Assembly: GCF_009914755.1 (NCBI RefSeq)
Contig: NC_060929.1
Strand: one strand, 5' to 3'
Origin: the human T2T-CHM13v2.0 reference genome, Homo sapiens
DNA: 64,000 bases
Below are positions 26,505-39,989 of this stretch, piece after piece; positions within the stretch are counted from its first letter, which is position 1, and each line of letters begins with the position of its first letter. A program made the position numbers and the translations under genes. The notes below the pieces were generated by a model. It was not told the DNA's origin, did not search any database, and saw only the letters and a program-made list of their open reading frames with translations.

Positions 26505-27495
26505 ATGCCTGCCATTGTATTAAGGATTGTGAGTACAAAGACAGGTACAACAGATATGGTTCCTGCCTTCATGTAGCTTAAAGCCTAGTGTGTGAGACAG
26601 ACAAACTTACAATTACAATACAATATGATATATGATGAGCATCTGTGATAGAAAAGTATCTATGACTGATTTCTGACAAAATGTATAAGAAGGGCCCTTT
26701 ATTCAGACTTTGAGGGTCAAGGAATTTTCCAGGATTAGGTTACACCTAAATCAGAAACCTTAGGATTAGTAACAATTAACTGAACAAAGATAGCAGCATG
26801 GCAGGAGTTGGGGAGTGGGGGAAGGACTTCAGATGGAAGGAACATCATGTGCAGAGGCCCTAAATTATATTCCTTCTACTTAAGACACTTAGACTGCTGT
26901 CTTTTTCATGCATGAACCTTTCATGGATGAGCCCTTTTACATGGACTCGTTCATTAAACCAGGAACACAACAGGAAGAATATCTGAGGAAGGGAAAGATG
27001 ATGGTTCAATGCTGAACACGTTGAGTTGAAATTGTCTGTGAACATCTGGCTGTTTTTTTCAAAAACAAAAAAAGACATCTCAATATTTGGGTGTGAAACT
27101 TTGAAGAGTGGCCTGAATTGGAGAAAAGACTTGGGAATAACCCACATGTAGATCATGAGTAAAAGCCTAAGAGTGCATGAGATTACCTGAGTAGTAAATG
27201 TAGACGGGGAAAAAGCCAAGAACATAACTCCAAAGAATAATTAATGCAGAAAAAGAACTGAGAGGGAAAAATTTTAAATGTTAAGGAAAATCAGGAGAGT
27301 AGAGTGTCACAGATGCCAAGCTACACAAACATTTCAATGAGGAGAGATGGTTGACTGTGTCAAATCCTGCTAAGATGGTCAAGTAAGAGAGGGCTAAAAG
27401 TGTCTACTGGATTTAGCAAAAAGGAGGTTTTGGTCATCTTGATAAGAACAGTTCAGAGAATTTATGGGAACAAAAGTCAGACTGCAATAGTTCCA
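26505..27495 (-). mobile_element. L2 LINE fragments
   Basis: atggttcctgccttcatgtagctta...ggaaggaacatcatgtgcagaggcc...tgtcaaatcctgctaaga...ctggatttagcaa. Confidence 0.75.
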
Positions 27496-27894
27496 TAGTC
27501 ATTTGCAAAGAAGTAGGAGCTGAAGCCATGAGCTCCATGTATCACTCAGGGAAGCAATGAAACAGAGGTGGGCACATTTTTCAACTTCTGATTAATTAAA
27601 TTCCAGAAACAGAGAACTATTAATTGGGTGTAATTTTCAATTCAAGATTAAACTAATTTAATTAAATTCTTTAGGAAAAAAAGTGAATTTCTACATTTAG
27701 GTTATCTGTTTTATTGAATAAAAAAATTATAAATGAAAAAATCAAACATTTTCTTTCAGTCATCAAATTAGTAATAACTAGGCACATTTATTAGTAACAT
27801 GGAGGTAATTCCCTAATCTTTTAACCTTGACATCTGCATAACACCTCAGGGTTCAAAAATATTTGTTCAGCCTTAAAATTAAATTTCCAGGAAA

Positions 27895-28095
27895 GCATTG
27901 TTATTATTATTTTCTCTGTTTTACACATGGAGAATCTGAGGTCCAGAGAGTGTGAAGTGACTTTTCTGAGGTCACTCAGCACCTCAAAGTGGTACGGTTA
28001 ACATCATTCATTCAATTCAATGAAATAGTCCCCCAATACCTATTGTGTACCAGGCCTTGTGACAAGTGTTAGTTATGAACATGGATGAGATGCCC
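27895..28095 (-). mobile_element. MIR fragment followed by L2 3' end
   Basis: ttttacacatggagaatctgaggtccagagag...gaagtgact...gaggtcac, then cattcattcaa...cctattgtgtaccaggc. Confidence 0.65.
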
Positions 28096-28384
28096 CTTGT
28101 CACCACCAACTGTCTCCATACTACAGCCCTATGGCTTCTCTAGGACAGACAGTAATGGATAGAGTAGTGCATAGTGGGGTGAACCAAGAAAACAAGTGCA
28201 GCACTAATGCCTCACTCCCAGAGCATCCTACCTCTTCTACCAAGGGCTGGGTTTGAGTTTTTCCTCACATTCAGAGATTTCAGTCTGCTATAGGTCTTAG
28301 CCCAAGCCTCATGTAGTGTCACTTATGGGTTGCTCATTATTGGTATGTAGTGAGGAAAAAGAGCTCTCTACACAGATAGACCCT

Positions 28385-28610
28385 AGAAGAAGCTAGAGGA
28401 AGAAGAGCCTGTGAAGAAAACTAAGAGAAACTGTCAGAACTTTAGGAAGAGAATCAGGAGTTATTGGTATCAGCTTCACTAAGGAGGGGAGATTTGTTCT
28501 GTGAAGGAATTCTCGGCATTGTCAAATGTCACAAGGAATTTAAACAAGGTGAAGTTTTAAAGTGTCCATTGGATTTTGCCAATAAAAGGTCATTGGTGAC
28601 TTTGCCAACG
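28385..28610 (-). mobile_element. L2 fragment
   Basis: gtgtccattggattttgccaataaaaggtcattggtgactttg. Confidence 0.65.
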
Positions 28611-28999
28611 CATTGTTCACTGGCCAAATATAGTTGTACAAGCTGTTGACTGAACAAAGACACCAACCTATTTTCACTCATTTAGCCATCTTTAGAGGAA
28701 GAGATGCACTTTTCCTAATTGAATCAAACTCCTGTTACAGAGAGTTGAAGATGAAATAGAAGGAAAACAAGAGGGCATATCCTAGGATCTAAGCTCAGTT
28801 CTCCTGTTGGGCAACTTTAAACAGCCAGAAACAAGAATTTTCAGTGTGGCAGGAAGAGATTAATCAGAAGAGAGGGGTTAGAGGAATAAATGGAAAGGGA
28901 GAAAAGGAAAAAGGAACTGTGATGAAATGTGGGTTCTGGCTTTTCTTGCTAATAACTCCTAGCTTTTTATACTCTTAATCCTTAAGTTTGTAGAGGGCC

Positions 29000-29335
29000 A
29001 CATAGTTTTAAAGGTTGTTTTACATTGCAATTGATTCTTTGAAAACCTTAGGAGATGTGTAATTGAGCATTCTTTTCTCCCTTCCACACATGAGGAAACT
29101 AATAGGCAAGAAGTTCAATGCAAGTGATGGAGCCAGAGAATGTATGTTGTAATGGATCGAGGATGGACCTTGCTTGCAAATTCAGGTGCTCATTCTAGCA
29201 CAGTCACTAGGAGTAAGTTACATCAAACCACAGGGTCTCTGTTTGCACAGTTGTTAAATGGAACATGTAATGCATATTCTATAAGGATGTGAGGATAAAC
29301 CAAACACCTGGGATAGAGCCAAGCACAATCAATGT
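29000..29335. mobile_element. Two degenerate MIR fragments in opposite orientations
   Basis: cacatgaggaaact (reverse core), then agtaagttacatc...ctctgtttgcac...ttaaatgg...aggatgtgaggataaa (forward core). Confidence 0.5.
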
Positions 29336-31061
29336 ACACAACCCCTTCTTCATCTAGAACTCATATTCAGGTTATCTGACTCCTAGTTGATAGTTATAAA
29401 CTTCATGGCTATTCTGGTCATTTACTCATTTATTTATTTTCAAATCTGTGTAGGCTTTGGCTTAATGAGAGTCCAAGAGAGTTACTTGCAGAAATTAAGT
29501 TTCTTACTGTTTTTCAAACAGAATCTCTCCAATTGTGCCATTACAATTTGGAATACCTCTAAAAATTACCTATCTTGCTTCCTGCAGATGTACTCAGATA
29601 ACTAATAGAGTTTTGTGGCTTTCAGGGAATGGAGAAGGAAGAAAGCATGATTTTTGTGTTAAACTATGGTATTATTAAGATGTAAGAATTGTTGCTGATT
29701 TTATAGCACATATTTTATTGTACATCACATAAAACTCTACTTATATGATTAGAGAACAAGAATACTAGGGGGAAAATCAGCATGCATATAATCTAAGAAA
29801 TTGTCATTATAATTTTAAAATCCTTTGCAAAATCAGTAAATATGAGTTTAACTTATATAATGATACACACACACACTGATATGATGCTTTATTGTCTAAA
29901 CACTGGCTGCTTGTGGAGACGTATTCTGGTAACAAAGAATATAGCATCTTAAAATTGATGCTAGCATTGTATATCCAAATAGAGAGTAAATGCAACCAGA
30001 ATATTTTTTATATGTTTAACATTGTAGTGTTGCTGACATCATTATATATTTGGTTATGTTAATCTCAAAATGCACAATATAGCTGTATGATCTGTATAAT
30101 GCAAAAAAATGTAGAGCTTCATTTTGATATTTATTATCAGATTATCATCGTGTATCAGCTTTAAAGAATCTGATCTTGAGAACAATATGTACTTTTTCTT
30201 CTAATATTGTACCACAGGATATGCTAGATTTGGCTGTAGAGAATTCTCTCTGTATTCCTGGGTCTATGTAAAAACCCTCTTGCAGGTAAACAATGAAACA
30301 AAAAAGAGGCATGTAAACAGCTGGTTTATATAGATTTTTCAAAATGCTTGTATTCTGATCCAAAATACGTGTGGAATTTGTTTTAGGCTTTGGGAAATAA
30401 AAATGGAAGTTACTCCAGCTGTGAGTCAAGAAATTAATTCCAGGAAAAAGAAAGAATACTTCCTTTCCTAAAAGACAGCAACAAAATATGTTCTTGGTTT
30501 GGATGTGTTTCTTGATTTTGTGTTATTGGCTAAGAAATATACCTGCCCAGAAGAGCAATAGCATCTAATATGAAATTATTAACCTATTTCATATCTCTAT
30601 TATGGGAACATCCCCATTCATAATGTTCCAGTTTATAAAGACGATTGACTTACAGTGTTACTCTTCAAAGTAGTAAAGAAAGGATTTGCAAAAATGTGTG
30701 TGTGTGTGTCTGTTTTTGTGTGTGTGTGTTTCATACTGTTTAGTGTCCATGAAAATTGGGTAGTAAAGTGAGAAGTCTTATTTATCAGGGATAGAAAAAG
30801 CGCAGAACAAAGTTTTACGTACAATAAACTCATTAGAAAAATCCTTGTTTACTAACAAATTCAGTTATTCCATGGTTAAAATCAGTTCATTCGTGCTTTC
30901 ACTGTATCTCAGAAACTATTTATTTGGGTTTTATTCTCATTCCCTAACTCCACATTTGAGTAGTGCTCTACCATATCTTTCTGTTTAGCCATTGTTAACA
31001 GCTGTTATGGCTGAGCAGTCTGTATTCCTTTTCCCTGTTAAAAAAAATTTTAATGTTTCCC

Positions 31062-31508
31062 AACAGGTGCTGGAGAGGATGTGGAGAAATAGGAACACTT
31101 TTACACTGTTGGTGGGACTGTAAACTAGTTCAACCATTGTGGAAGTCAGTGTGGCAATACCTCAGGGATCTAGAACTAGAAATACCATTTGGCCCAGCCT
31201 TCCCATTACTGGGTATATACCCAAAGGATTATAAATCATGATGCTATAAAGACACATGTACACATATGTTTATTGCGGCACTATTCACAATAGCAAAGAC
31301 TTGGAACCAACCCAAATGTCCATCAATGATAGACTGGATTAAGAAAATGTGGCACATATACACCATGGAATGCTATGCAGCCATAAAAAAGGATGAGTTC
31401 ATGTCCTTTGTAGGGACATGGATGAAGCTGGAAACCAGCATTCTTAGCAAACTATCGCAAGGACAAAAAACCAAACACCGCATGTTCTCACTCATAGGTG
31501 GGAATTGA
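31062..31508 (+). pseudogene. L1 ORF2p C-terminal (cysteine-rich) remnant with an in-frame stop
   Basis: ORFs 31053-31241 (RCWRGCGEIGTLLHCWWDCKLVQPLWK) and 31266-31508 (MFIAALFTIAKTWNQPKCP...HRMFSLIGGN) share a frame and are separated by TGA at 31239-31241. Confidence 0.92.
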
Positions 31509-31731
31509 ACAATGAGAACAAGTGGACACAGGAAGGGGAACATGACACACCGGGGACTGTTGTGGGGTGGGGGAAGGGCAGAGGGATAGCATTAGGAGAT
31601 ATACCTAATGTAAATGACGAGTTAATGGGTGCAGCACACCAACATGGCACATGTATACATACGTAACAAACCTGCATGTTGTGCACATGTACCCTAAAAC
31701 TTAAAGTATAATAAAAAAAGTAAAAAGAAAA
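31062..31731 (+). mobile_element. 5'-truncated L1PA (about PA3-PA5) 3' end
   Basis: Close to the young-L1 3' sequence, with G-rich 3' UTR and gtaccctaaaacttaaagtataataaaaaa. Flanking duplication taatgtttcc at 31051-31060 and 31739-31748. Confidence 0.95.
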
Positions 31732-31927
31732 ATTTTTGTAATGTTTCCTAATTCATGCTTTTTACTAAACATTGCCATATCATATTTAAATTAACAATTT
31801 GATCCAAGAATGGCATCAAAACTTTTTTATTAGGAGATAAAATGGGCCTATAACTTTTTGCCAATTTCAAGCCAACCTCAATGTCTCTGGTATTTAGTAG
31901 GCTGCTAAAGAATATATTGGACCTGCA

Positions 31928-32032
31928 TAACACAAGCTTACCTATGTAACAAACCTGCACATGTACCCTTGAACTTAAAGTTAAAAAAAGGAAGATACAT
32001 GTACCTTGAACTTAAAGCTAAAAAAAAGAAAG
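31928..32032 (+). mobile_element. Extreme 3' tip of an older L1P with a ~38-bp tandem duplication
   Basis: ttacctatgtaacaaacctgcacatgtacccttgaacttaaa, then a second catgtaccttgaacttaaag plus A-run. Confidence 0.75.
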
Positions 32033-35000
32033 ATATTGAAACAAACTTTGTAGATATGACTGAGAATAAAAACTTTCACAAAAAGAAATGTGCTGGTTGT
32101 TCTAAGATTATGATTACATCCAGAATCATAACTCAGATTCTATCTATATATGTATATATAGATATAGATATATCATATATATATATATAAGTTTTTTAGT
32201 AGACTACAGCTAATTTAACGATTCATTCAATATTATACATCCTATGCCAAACTGACAAAAGATACTTTTTATAACCTCTATAACGCTTTATTCTAATGAA
32301 CATATTTATTCATAAAAACAAACTAGATGCTTCTTCCTTAATTATTCTTACTTTACTTGGTATCCTTATTTGAAAAGAAAAACAGAATGCCAAAGAATAA
32401 AATTAATCTGCTGACATTATGAATAATTTGAGAAATAAAACAGTCTGGAGCACTAGTAAAGATATGCCAAGATCTTAGTAGGGATTATATTTAGGTGGTC
32501 AGATTAGTGGTGATTAAAAAAAAATTTTTTTGAATCTTTCCTTTGTGCTTCTCTGCATTTTAAAAATTATCTTCATTGGCTATTTAATATTTTTTAAATT
32601 AGGAGGATGTTATAAAGATATCCTCATTAAAAAGGAGAGGGAAAAACTATTCGGTTCACTCTCGTCGGTGGTCATGATGTTCAGTTCATGCCAATCCACC
32701 ATCCTCTGCCATTAAACTCCCTGGTGACAAGGAGTCACCAAGACTCCTTGAGAGCAAGGAACACCAGTATTAATGGCAACAGGCCAACAAGAAATGGAAT
32801 GAGTGACTTTGTTCTCAAGCTCCTGGTTATGAGTTTATACTTAAAATATTCTCAGGTTTGATTATGATTGCTCAACCTACTTGAAGAAATTCATCATCTG
32901 ATTATAATTACTTAGTTTTTCCCCAAGTATTGGGGTTTAAATGCCTCCCATTACTACTAAACATATACTGATCAAAATTGCTTTGTGATTATCAGGTATA
33001 TAACGGTATTTTTACAGAACATATATAAAACCACTATCTTCATTTTAAAGCATACTTTGTAAAGTATTTTACAAAGGCAAAAGCACTTTTAACTTATTTT
33101 GCAAACGGAGAAGAAAAGATCATTTCTGTTAACCTTTATCTTTACTCAATATTAAATCACCTGACACATTTGTCATTTCCCCCACATTTGGCATTTTCTG
33201 CACATTGTTAATGCTGATTCTATCTGGTCATCTGCCAAAGGGAAATCAGGTGTCAACAGTCACTTTTGTGTTTGCGTCCCTACAGGAAATGAAGACATAT
33301 TCTTTTGGTTTCAAAAAATCCATAAAAAGTGACAAATTCTTATAGCATATTTAAAACACATATTTTTAGGATGCTGAACTTACAAGTGTAATTTTTCCAT
33401 AGTTGCGTAAGCCAGAGAATAAAGACAGATCTGGAGCCCAAGAATACTTCCTTCAAATATTAGGGTTTTAAAATTCAAATCATTATACATACAGTGTTGG
33501 AAAACATGGCCTAAACTTCTTGCCTTTTTTGTAACAGGTAATTTTAGAAGACAATAAAAAAGTAATTCAAATGGTACTGAAAATTTTAAAAATGATACTA
33601 AAAGTAAAAATTACTTGATAGAGAAATAATCTATTCAAATAGTCCTAAGCGAATCGGTTTGAATTACCTAATGGTACAAATGGAGATGTATGTTTCTTAG
33701 GGGGCCAGTACTGTGAGTCAAGAGCCATGCCAGTTCCACCCTCAATCAATACTGTGACTTTGGTCAAAACCCAGGACCTCTCACGGCTAAGGTACCTTAG
33801 CCACACTTTACACAGCGATTTTCATCAGTGTATGATTAATGGTAAAGGAAAGAATATTTAAGCCCATAATAATGAAGGATTGGACCTGATAATCTATCAG
33901 GTACATTTTAGCCTGAAATTTATTTGTACACACGCACAAACACAGACATATGCACACACACATACACATATATATATAACATTTATAAATTTTAAAACAT
34001 AAAGCTATACTAGAAATGAAAGCTTATATATTGAACTGCCCCACCTTTCTATTTGCAGCCAGTTACCACCCCAGTCTAATGTTTCACTTTATATAAATTC
34101 ATTTATTCTTTTACTCATTTCAAATATATGATGATGTAACTATAAAATCAACATTTAGTTACTCTGAATAACCCAAAATAGCAAATAATTTAAAAATCAC
34201 TTCCACTTGACTTTAGAATCTATTACATGCATTGTTTTTCCAGAAAATTTACCTCATAATTATGTTGTGTGAGAGTGAAATGAGTTTCAATTCCAAATTC
34301 ACACATTGAATTCTGACTGCCGCTTGATGAGAAGCATCCCTGGGTTAACATTTGCCATGTTGCCATGGATAATTAGGACTGATTGCATGTGTTTTTAACT
34401 CTAAATTTGGTATCATCTCTTATGAGCCCAGGTTACCATTTACTGATTTATATCCTTTTTTTGGACTTTGTCAGGATCTCATCTTTTCCTTTTACAATTT
34501 TTTTAGAATGTGTGTATTCTGCAGGAGGCTTTTCATTTCCATACTCCATATAAGCATTATCTCCTCTGTTTCAGTGAGAGTTACCTAACTTAATAAAAAA
34601 GTAGAAAATCCTTTAAATAGAGTGCTCTCACTGAAGTTTACTGTATTTACAAGATGTTATTATACAAGAATAATTCTTAACTGCATCCCACCCCACTAAA
34701 CCTTCATTGTAAACTGAACTCAATTCAGGTCCACCCAGGTGAAGTCCGCTCTTCTTGCCTAGTGACTTTCTCACTTCCCGGGTCATCTTTCACCATCAGA
34801 ACTTTGAACAACTCTCACTCTATTCACTCTGCATGTAGGTGCCTTTGTCAGCCTATTTTACTCTATCCCTGGATTTTTTTGTTTTTAATTTTAGAGTTCC
34901 TCTCGGCCAACAACCCCAGAAAGTTTGCTTTGTGTATAATAATACTTCAAAGACCCACTTCCCAGAGGTATACTGTATTTTGACTACTGAAATACTATCA

Positions 35001-35136
35001 TCTGGATTTATTAGCCTCTTTATAAGCTGAAACATTAATAATTGATTATGTCACAAAGGTTCAGCCTAATGTTACTTTTAGTATAGTGTTATTAATTGCT
35101 ACATTTCTAAATATAATTTTTAAAAATATCTGGGGC

Positions 35137-36150
35137 TTCATTTATGTATTCATTCAACAAATATTAATGACTGCTTGTTACAGACCACCACTGTTCTAGC
35201 TGCTATGGGAACAGTAGTTAACATAGCAGATCAAATGCCTGTTCTCCTGGATAATATTTTCTACTCGAGCGAGTTGAACAACAAACAAAAAGGGAAAATA
35301 TCAGATAGTGATATGAGCTACGAAGGAAGAAAAACAACAGGGTAATGGATAGAATGTGTGCAGGTTAAGATTTAGATTAAGTGGTCAGGAAAGACATCAG
35401 AAGAGGTGACATTTAAGCTGACTTCCAAATGACCAAAAAAAAAAAAAAAAAAGCAAAACAAATGACCAAATGTAAGATCTGGGGCATTAGAGCAGATGCT
35501 AAGGCTGTAAGGAGGTGTAAACTTGGCTTGTAAATGGGCAGACTCTCTGGTTGGGATGCAGTGAGTAAGGGGAAGAGTGGGATGAAATGTGGTAGAGGAG
35601 GGAAGCAGGGTCCCAACCACATAGGGCATTGTAGGCTGTGGAAAGAGAAAGCAGGGGGAAGCCATCAGATGATTTAATGGAGTGAGGCACACTCTTTTGT
35701 TTTTAAAAGATGATTCACTGAGTGGAGACTAGACTGTGGAGTGGCAAAGGTGGAGCCGATAGATCAGTTTTAGGAGGTCTTTGGCATCACTCAGGTGAGA
35801 GACAGTGGTCTTGGACTGAGATGGTAGCTGTGGCATGCTGAGGAGTAGACATATTCAGGATATGTTTTGAAAGTAACACTAATACAACTTGCTCCAGGAT
35901 TGATTGAATGTAAAGGAAATACAAAATTAGACTGATTCTGAGATTTCTTGCCTGGGCTGCAGGGTAGATAATGGTGCAGTTTGCTGCAGGGAAGATGACT
36001 ATAGGAAAGGAGCATTGTTGGAAAGCACAGGGAACCTCATCAAGTTTTGGTATGCTAACTTTGAGATGCCTGTTAAACTGCCAGCAAAGATCTCAAGCAG
36101 GCAGTTGGGCTGTAAGTCTGGAGGTCAGGTGAGGTAGGGCTACACATATA
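35137..36150 (-). mobile_element. L2a LINE 3' region
   Basis: Starts with the reverse L2 tail ttcatttatgtattcattcaacaaatatt. Typical L2 body, e.g. aggtgagagacagtggtcttggact and tttgagatgcctgttaaac. Confidence 0.85.
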
Positions 36151-36352
36151 ACTATAGAAGCATACATAAGATCAAATAAAATAATACATTTAAAAATCTT
36201 CCAATTTTCAAATAGTACTCAATATGATCTCATGTTTTCTCTTTCATGGGGAGAGAGAATCAGAAATGGAGGCTAGTTGTCCCACTTTGAAGGCGGAGGT
36301 GCAGAAAGCCATCTTTCTTTGACGTAGTCCTTTTCCAAACTCACTTATTTTA

Positions 36353-37357
36353 TATTTCTATTTTTTCTTTGTTCTGATTCTTTACTCTCTCTTTTTTCAT
36401 TTCAATAGATTTGGGGGTACAGGTGGCTTTTGGTTACATGGATAAGTTATTTAGTGGTGATTTCTGAGATTTTAGTGCACCTGTCACCGGAGCAGTGTAC
36501 ATTGTACCCAATGTGTAGTCTTTTATCCCTCACCCCCCTCCCAACATTTCCCCGCCACAGACAGAGTCCCCAAATTCCATTACATCATTCTTATGACTTT
36601 GCATCTTCATAGCTTAGCTCTCACTTATAAGTGAGAACATATGCTATTTGGTTTTCCACTCCTGAGTTACTTTACTCAGAATAACGGCCTCCAGCTCCAT
36701 CCAAGTTGCTGCAAAGACATTATTTCATTCCTTTTTATGTCTCAGTAGTATTCCATGGTGTATATATACATTTTCTTTATATGTAGTGTAAAAGTGTTCC
36801 TTTTCATCACATCCATGTCAATATCTATAGTTTTTTTACTTTTTACTTATGGCCATTCTTGCAGGAGTAAGGTGGTATCTCATTGTGGTTTTAATTTGCA
36901 TTTCCCTGATGATTAGTGATGTTGGCCATTTTTTAATATGTTTGCTGGCTATTTGTATATCTTTTTATTTATTTATTTATTTTTGAGATGGAGTCTCGTT
37001 CTATTGCTCAGGCCGGAGTGCAGTGGCATAATCTTGGCTCACTGCAACCTCTGCCCCCCAAGTTCAAGTGATTCTCCTGCCTCAGCCTCCTGAGTAGCTG
37101 GGATTACAGAAGCACACCATCACAGCCATCTAATTTTTGTATTTTTAGTAGAGACAGAGTTTCACCATGTTGACCAGGCTGGTCTCGAATTGCTGACCTC
37201 ATGATCTGCCTGCCTCAGCCTCCCAAAGTCCTGGGATTACAGACCATATTAGAGGCCATTTTATCTTCTTTTAAGAAAAGTCTATTCATGTCCGTTGCAC
37301 ACTTTTTGATGAGATTATTTGTTTTTGTTTTTTTTTTTTCTTGCTGATTTGTTTGAA
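36353..37357 (-). mobile_element. L1PB-type LINE-1 3' end, 5'-truncated, containing an Alu
   Basis: tttggttacatggataagttatttagtggtgatttctgagatttt is an L1PB 3' UTR motif. 16-bp TSD aaactcacttatttta (36337) / aaactcatttatttta (37358). Confidence 0.9.
36962..37257 (-). mobile_element. AluS (Sg/Sx-like) nested in L1PB
   Basis: Reverse Alu with (TTTA)n tail and a degraded 5' end. Confidence 0.92.
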
Positions 37358-37955
37358 AAACTCATTTATTTTAAGGATGAAAAACTCATTGTGGCAACTT
37401 CATTTTGATGTGCTTATATGGTCAGAGAAAAGACACCTTTTCCTTATCCTTAGATTCTTACTTAAGAATCTGGAGGAAAAGATGCTCATGCGGTAGCTGC
37501 AAATATTATTGACATCACAGTATATCATCCAAGAACAAGAGTCAGAAATTCCACAAGCAAACATTCTTGTGTGATTTCCTGGAATATGTTAGAAATAGAA
37601 AAGTTTACTCAGAATTCCAATAAGCAGATAAATTTTACATGGTCTTCTGTAGAAAAAAAAAAAAACATGCTATGTCTTTTAAATTGCTTTTTTGCTTGTT
37701 ATCACTAGAGAAGTGATATCAGGACCTGGCTTCCAAAAGATGTATGATGATGTAATAAATAAATGGACGACCATGGTCATTCCGTGACACTTTTTAGTGG
37801 AGTCTCTTAAGTATTGCAGGGTTGTATAAACTTGGTTATCCTACAAAATCATACTAAAGATCATCATTCCATATTTTAAAATTGCACAAGTATTTTTGGG
37901 TGTATACTATCCAGGTTTTTAAAATGTTAACCAAGTGAATATTGCCACATTAAAA

Positions 37956-38254
37956 GTTTTTTTTGTTTGTTTGAGACGGAGTCTCACTCTTGTCACCCAG
38001 GCTGGAGAGCAGTGGCACAATCTTGGCTCACTGCAACCTCTGCCTCCTGGGTTCAAGTGATTCTCCTGCCTAAGCCTCCCAAGTAGCTGAGATTACAGGC
38101 ACCCGCCACCACACCTAGCTAATTTTTGTATTTTTGGTAGAGATAGGGTTTCATCATGTTGGCCAGAGTAGTCTCAAACTCCTGACCACAGGTGATCCAC
38201 CCGCCTCGGCCTCCCAAAGTGTTGGGATTACAGGCATGAGCCACCATACTCTGC
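37956..38254 (-). mobile_element. AluSx-like
   Basis: Full reverse dimeric Alu. Confidence 0.95.
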
Positions 38255-39064
38255 GTAAAATTTTTTAGAATATGAAAATGAGGTTTTATCTTTCCGTGCA
38301 TCTTATTAATTGTAATCATTAATAGATCAGAATCACTTTAAAATTCTCATTTCCCCTTTCATCATAACTATAGATGGAGTTGGACAAGTAAATAAATGTC
38401 CAAGTCAGTGAATTTACCTAATGGTCTGTATGTATGCTGTTCTTTGTTGTTGCTGCTGCTGTTTAAAGTTTGTTTTGTTATGCTTTGTTTTAGTGAAGTA
38501 GGAACTTTGACCTGAGTGGGTCCACTTGTGATCTCTGAGGAGCTAGGAAGCTATAAAAGTGTAACTACTACAAGCAAAGAAAACCGTCCTCGTTCTCTCC
38601 TCCAGCAATATGCAATCCAGTTACTCCTGTAAAACGTCAAATAATAAGCTTTGAAGTTATGGAGTCTTCTCTCAGTAGAACCGCTTCTACAGATTCACTG
38701 TTCTCTTCTTTCTTTTAATGCACATAACTATTACTCCATATCAGGCTCTGTTTTAGCCTAAAAAATTATATTGCACTAACAATCTCACTCATCAATGTTT
38801 CAAATTCTAAAGAAAAGCATTCTTGTTATTACTTGACATATGTGCTACATTTAATGTCTGTTATTTAACTGCTGTTTATTTGCTCTTTGCATTTCAAATG
38901 AATTGTGACATTTTCTTTTCCATTGTCTTATTAATAATGTTCCAAATGTATTATGGGGAACATAGTAATCCTTAACTATAAGCTAGCAGAAAAATCCCAG
39001 TTCTTATTACATAAATGGAAATTCAGAATGAGACTAATAGATGTATTTGGGTAAATAATTAAAA

Positions 39065-39310
39065 TTCATTCATTTATTCAATGCATTTATTAAGTCCCAG
39101 TTATTGTACTATTGATTGGGGACATTAAGATGTGTATGCTACAGTCCCTCTCTCAAGAGGCTTAGTGTGTAGTGGAGGGAAATGTACATACAAAAGAGTA
39201 AGCACACCACTGTTACATGAATTGTGAGAGTAGTGTGGGGAGAAAGAGAGAGAAGCATTTTCAATTCTGTGTAATTGACTTCACAGAAAAGGTGTCCTTT
39301 TAAGGCTTTG
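39065..39310 (-). mobile_element. L2 3' fragment
   Basis: ttcattcatttattcaatgcatttattaag...cagtccctctctcaagaggcttag. Confidence 0.65.
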
Positions 39311-39989
39311 TGTTATTAAGGAAAAGAAACCACATTATCTGCATAATCCTCATTTCTTTTATTGAATAATTTTATTTTTTAAAAAGTTATCTTTAACAGT
39401 ATTTTTGCCTCTGTGATGCCAAAGCAATCTTTTGAAAAATAAAAATTTAAACAACTCATTCTTTGGTTTACCAGCATGTTCTCCTCAAACCATTTGGTTG
39501 ATAATTGCAATACATATTTTGGACATAATTTAGACATAGCCTAGACTCTTGCGTGGAAGCCTCAAAGTTTTTGATGTTACAATCATTGTTCAGCCAAGTG
39601 ATTCTCTGAATATAATTAAATTCAATTCAACTATGGTTTGAGTGCTCACTTGTTGCTATGAAAATGTACATCTGTAAGTTTATGTTTTGTGACACAATGT
39701 AAATTCTACTGCTTTTAGTTTCTATGTAGGCCTAATGATTTTCATTGCAGATTTTTTTCTTCTGATTTTTCTTTTAGAGAAAAAAAACAGAATGTCACTA
39801 AATAATAAGAAGAAAAAAACAGGGTTTCCAAGGTAAATGAAAGGAGAATGGGTACAAGAAAGGGTGAAAGTTAATTAACCTATTTTGAAAAACACAGAAT
39901 AAATTATGGTTATTAACCTTGAAATTAGCTTAAAAAATGGATTTTCTTATTTTAAAGTTTGATGGTCTTCTCTCTCACCTCTCATTTAC

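Noticed and set aside
34700-34860. Possible minus-strand last coding exon (ADKGTYMQSE* or LTKAPTC...GER*)
   Set aside because: The putative acceptor AG is preceded by purine-rich sequence with no polypyrimidine tract.
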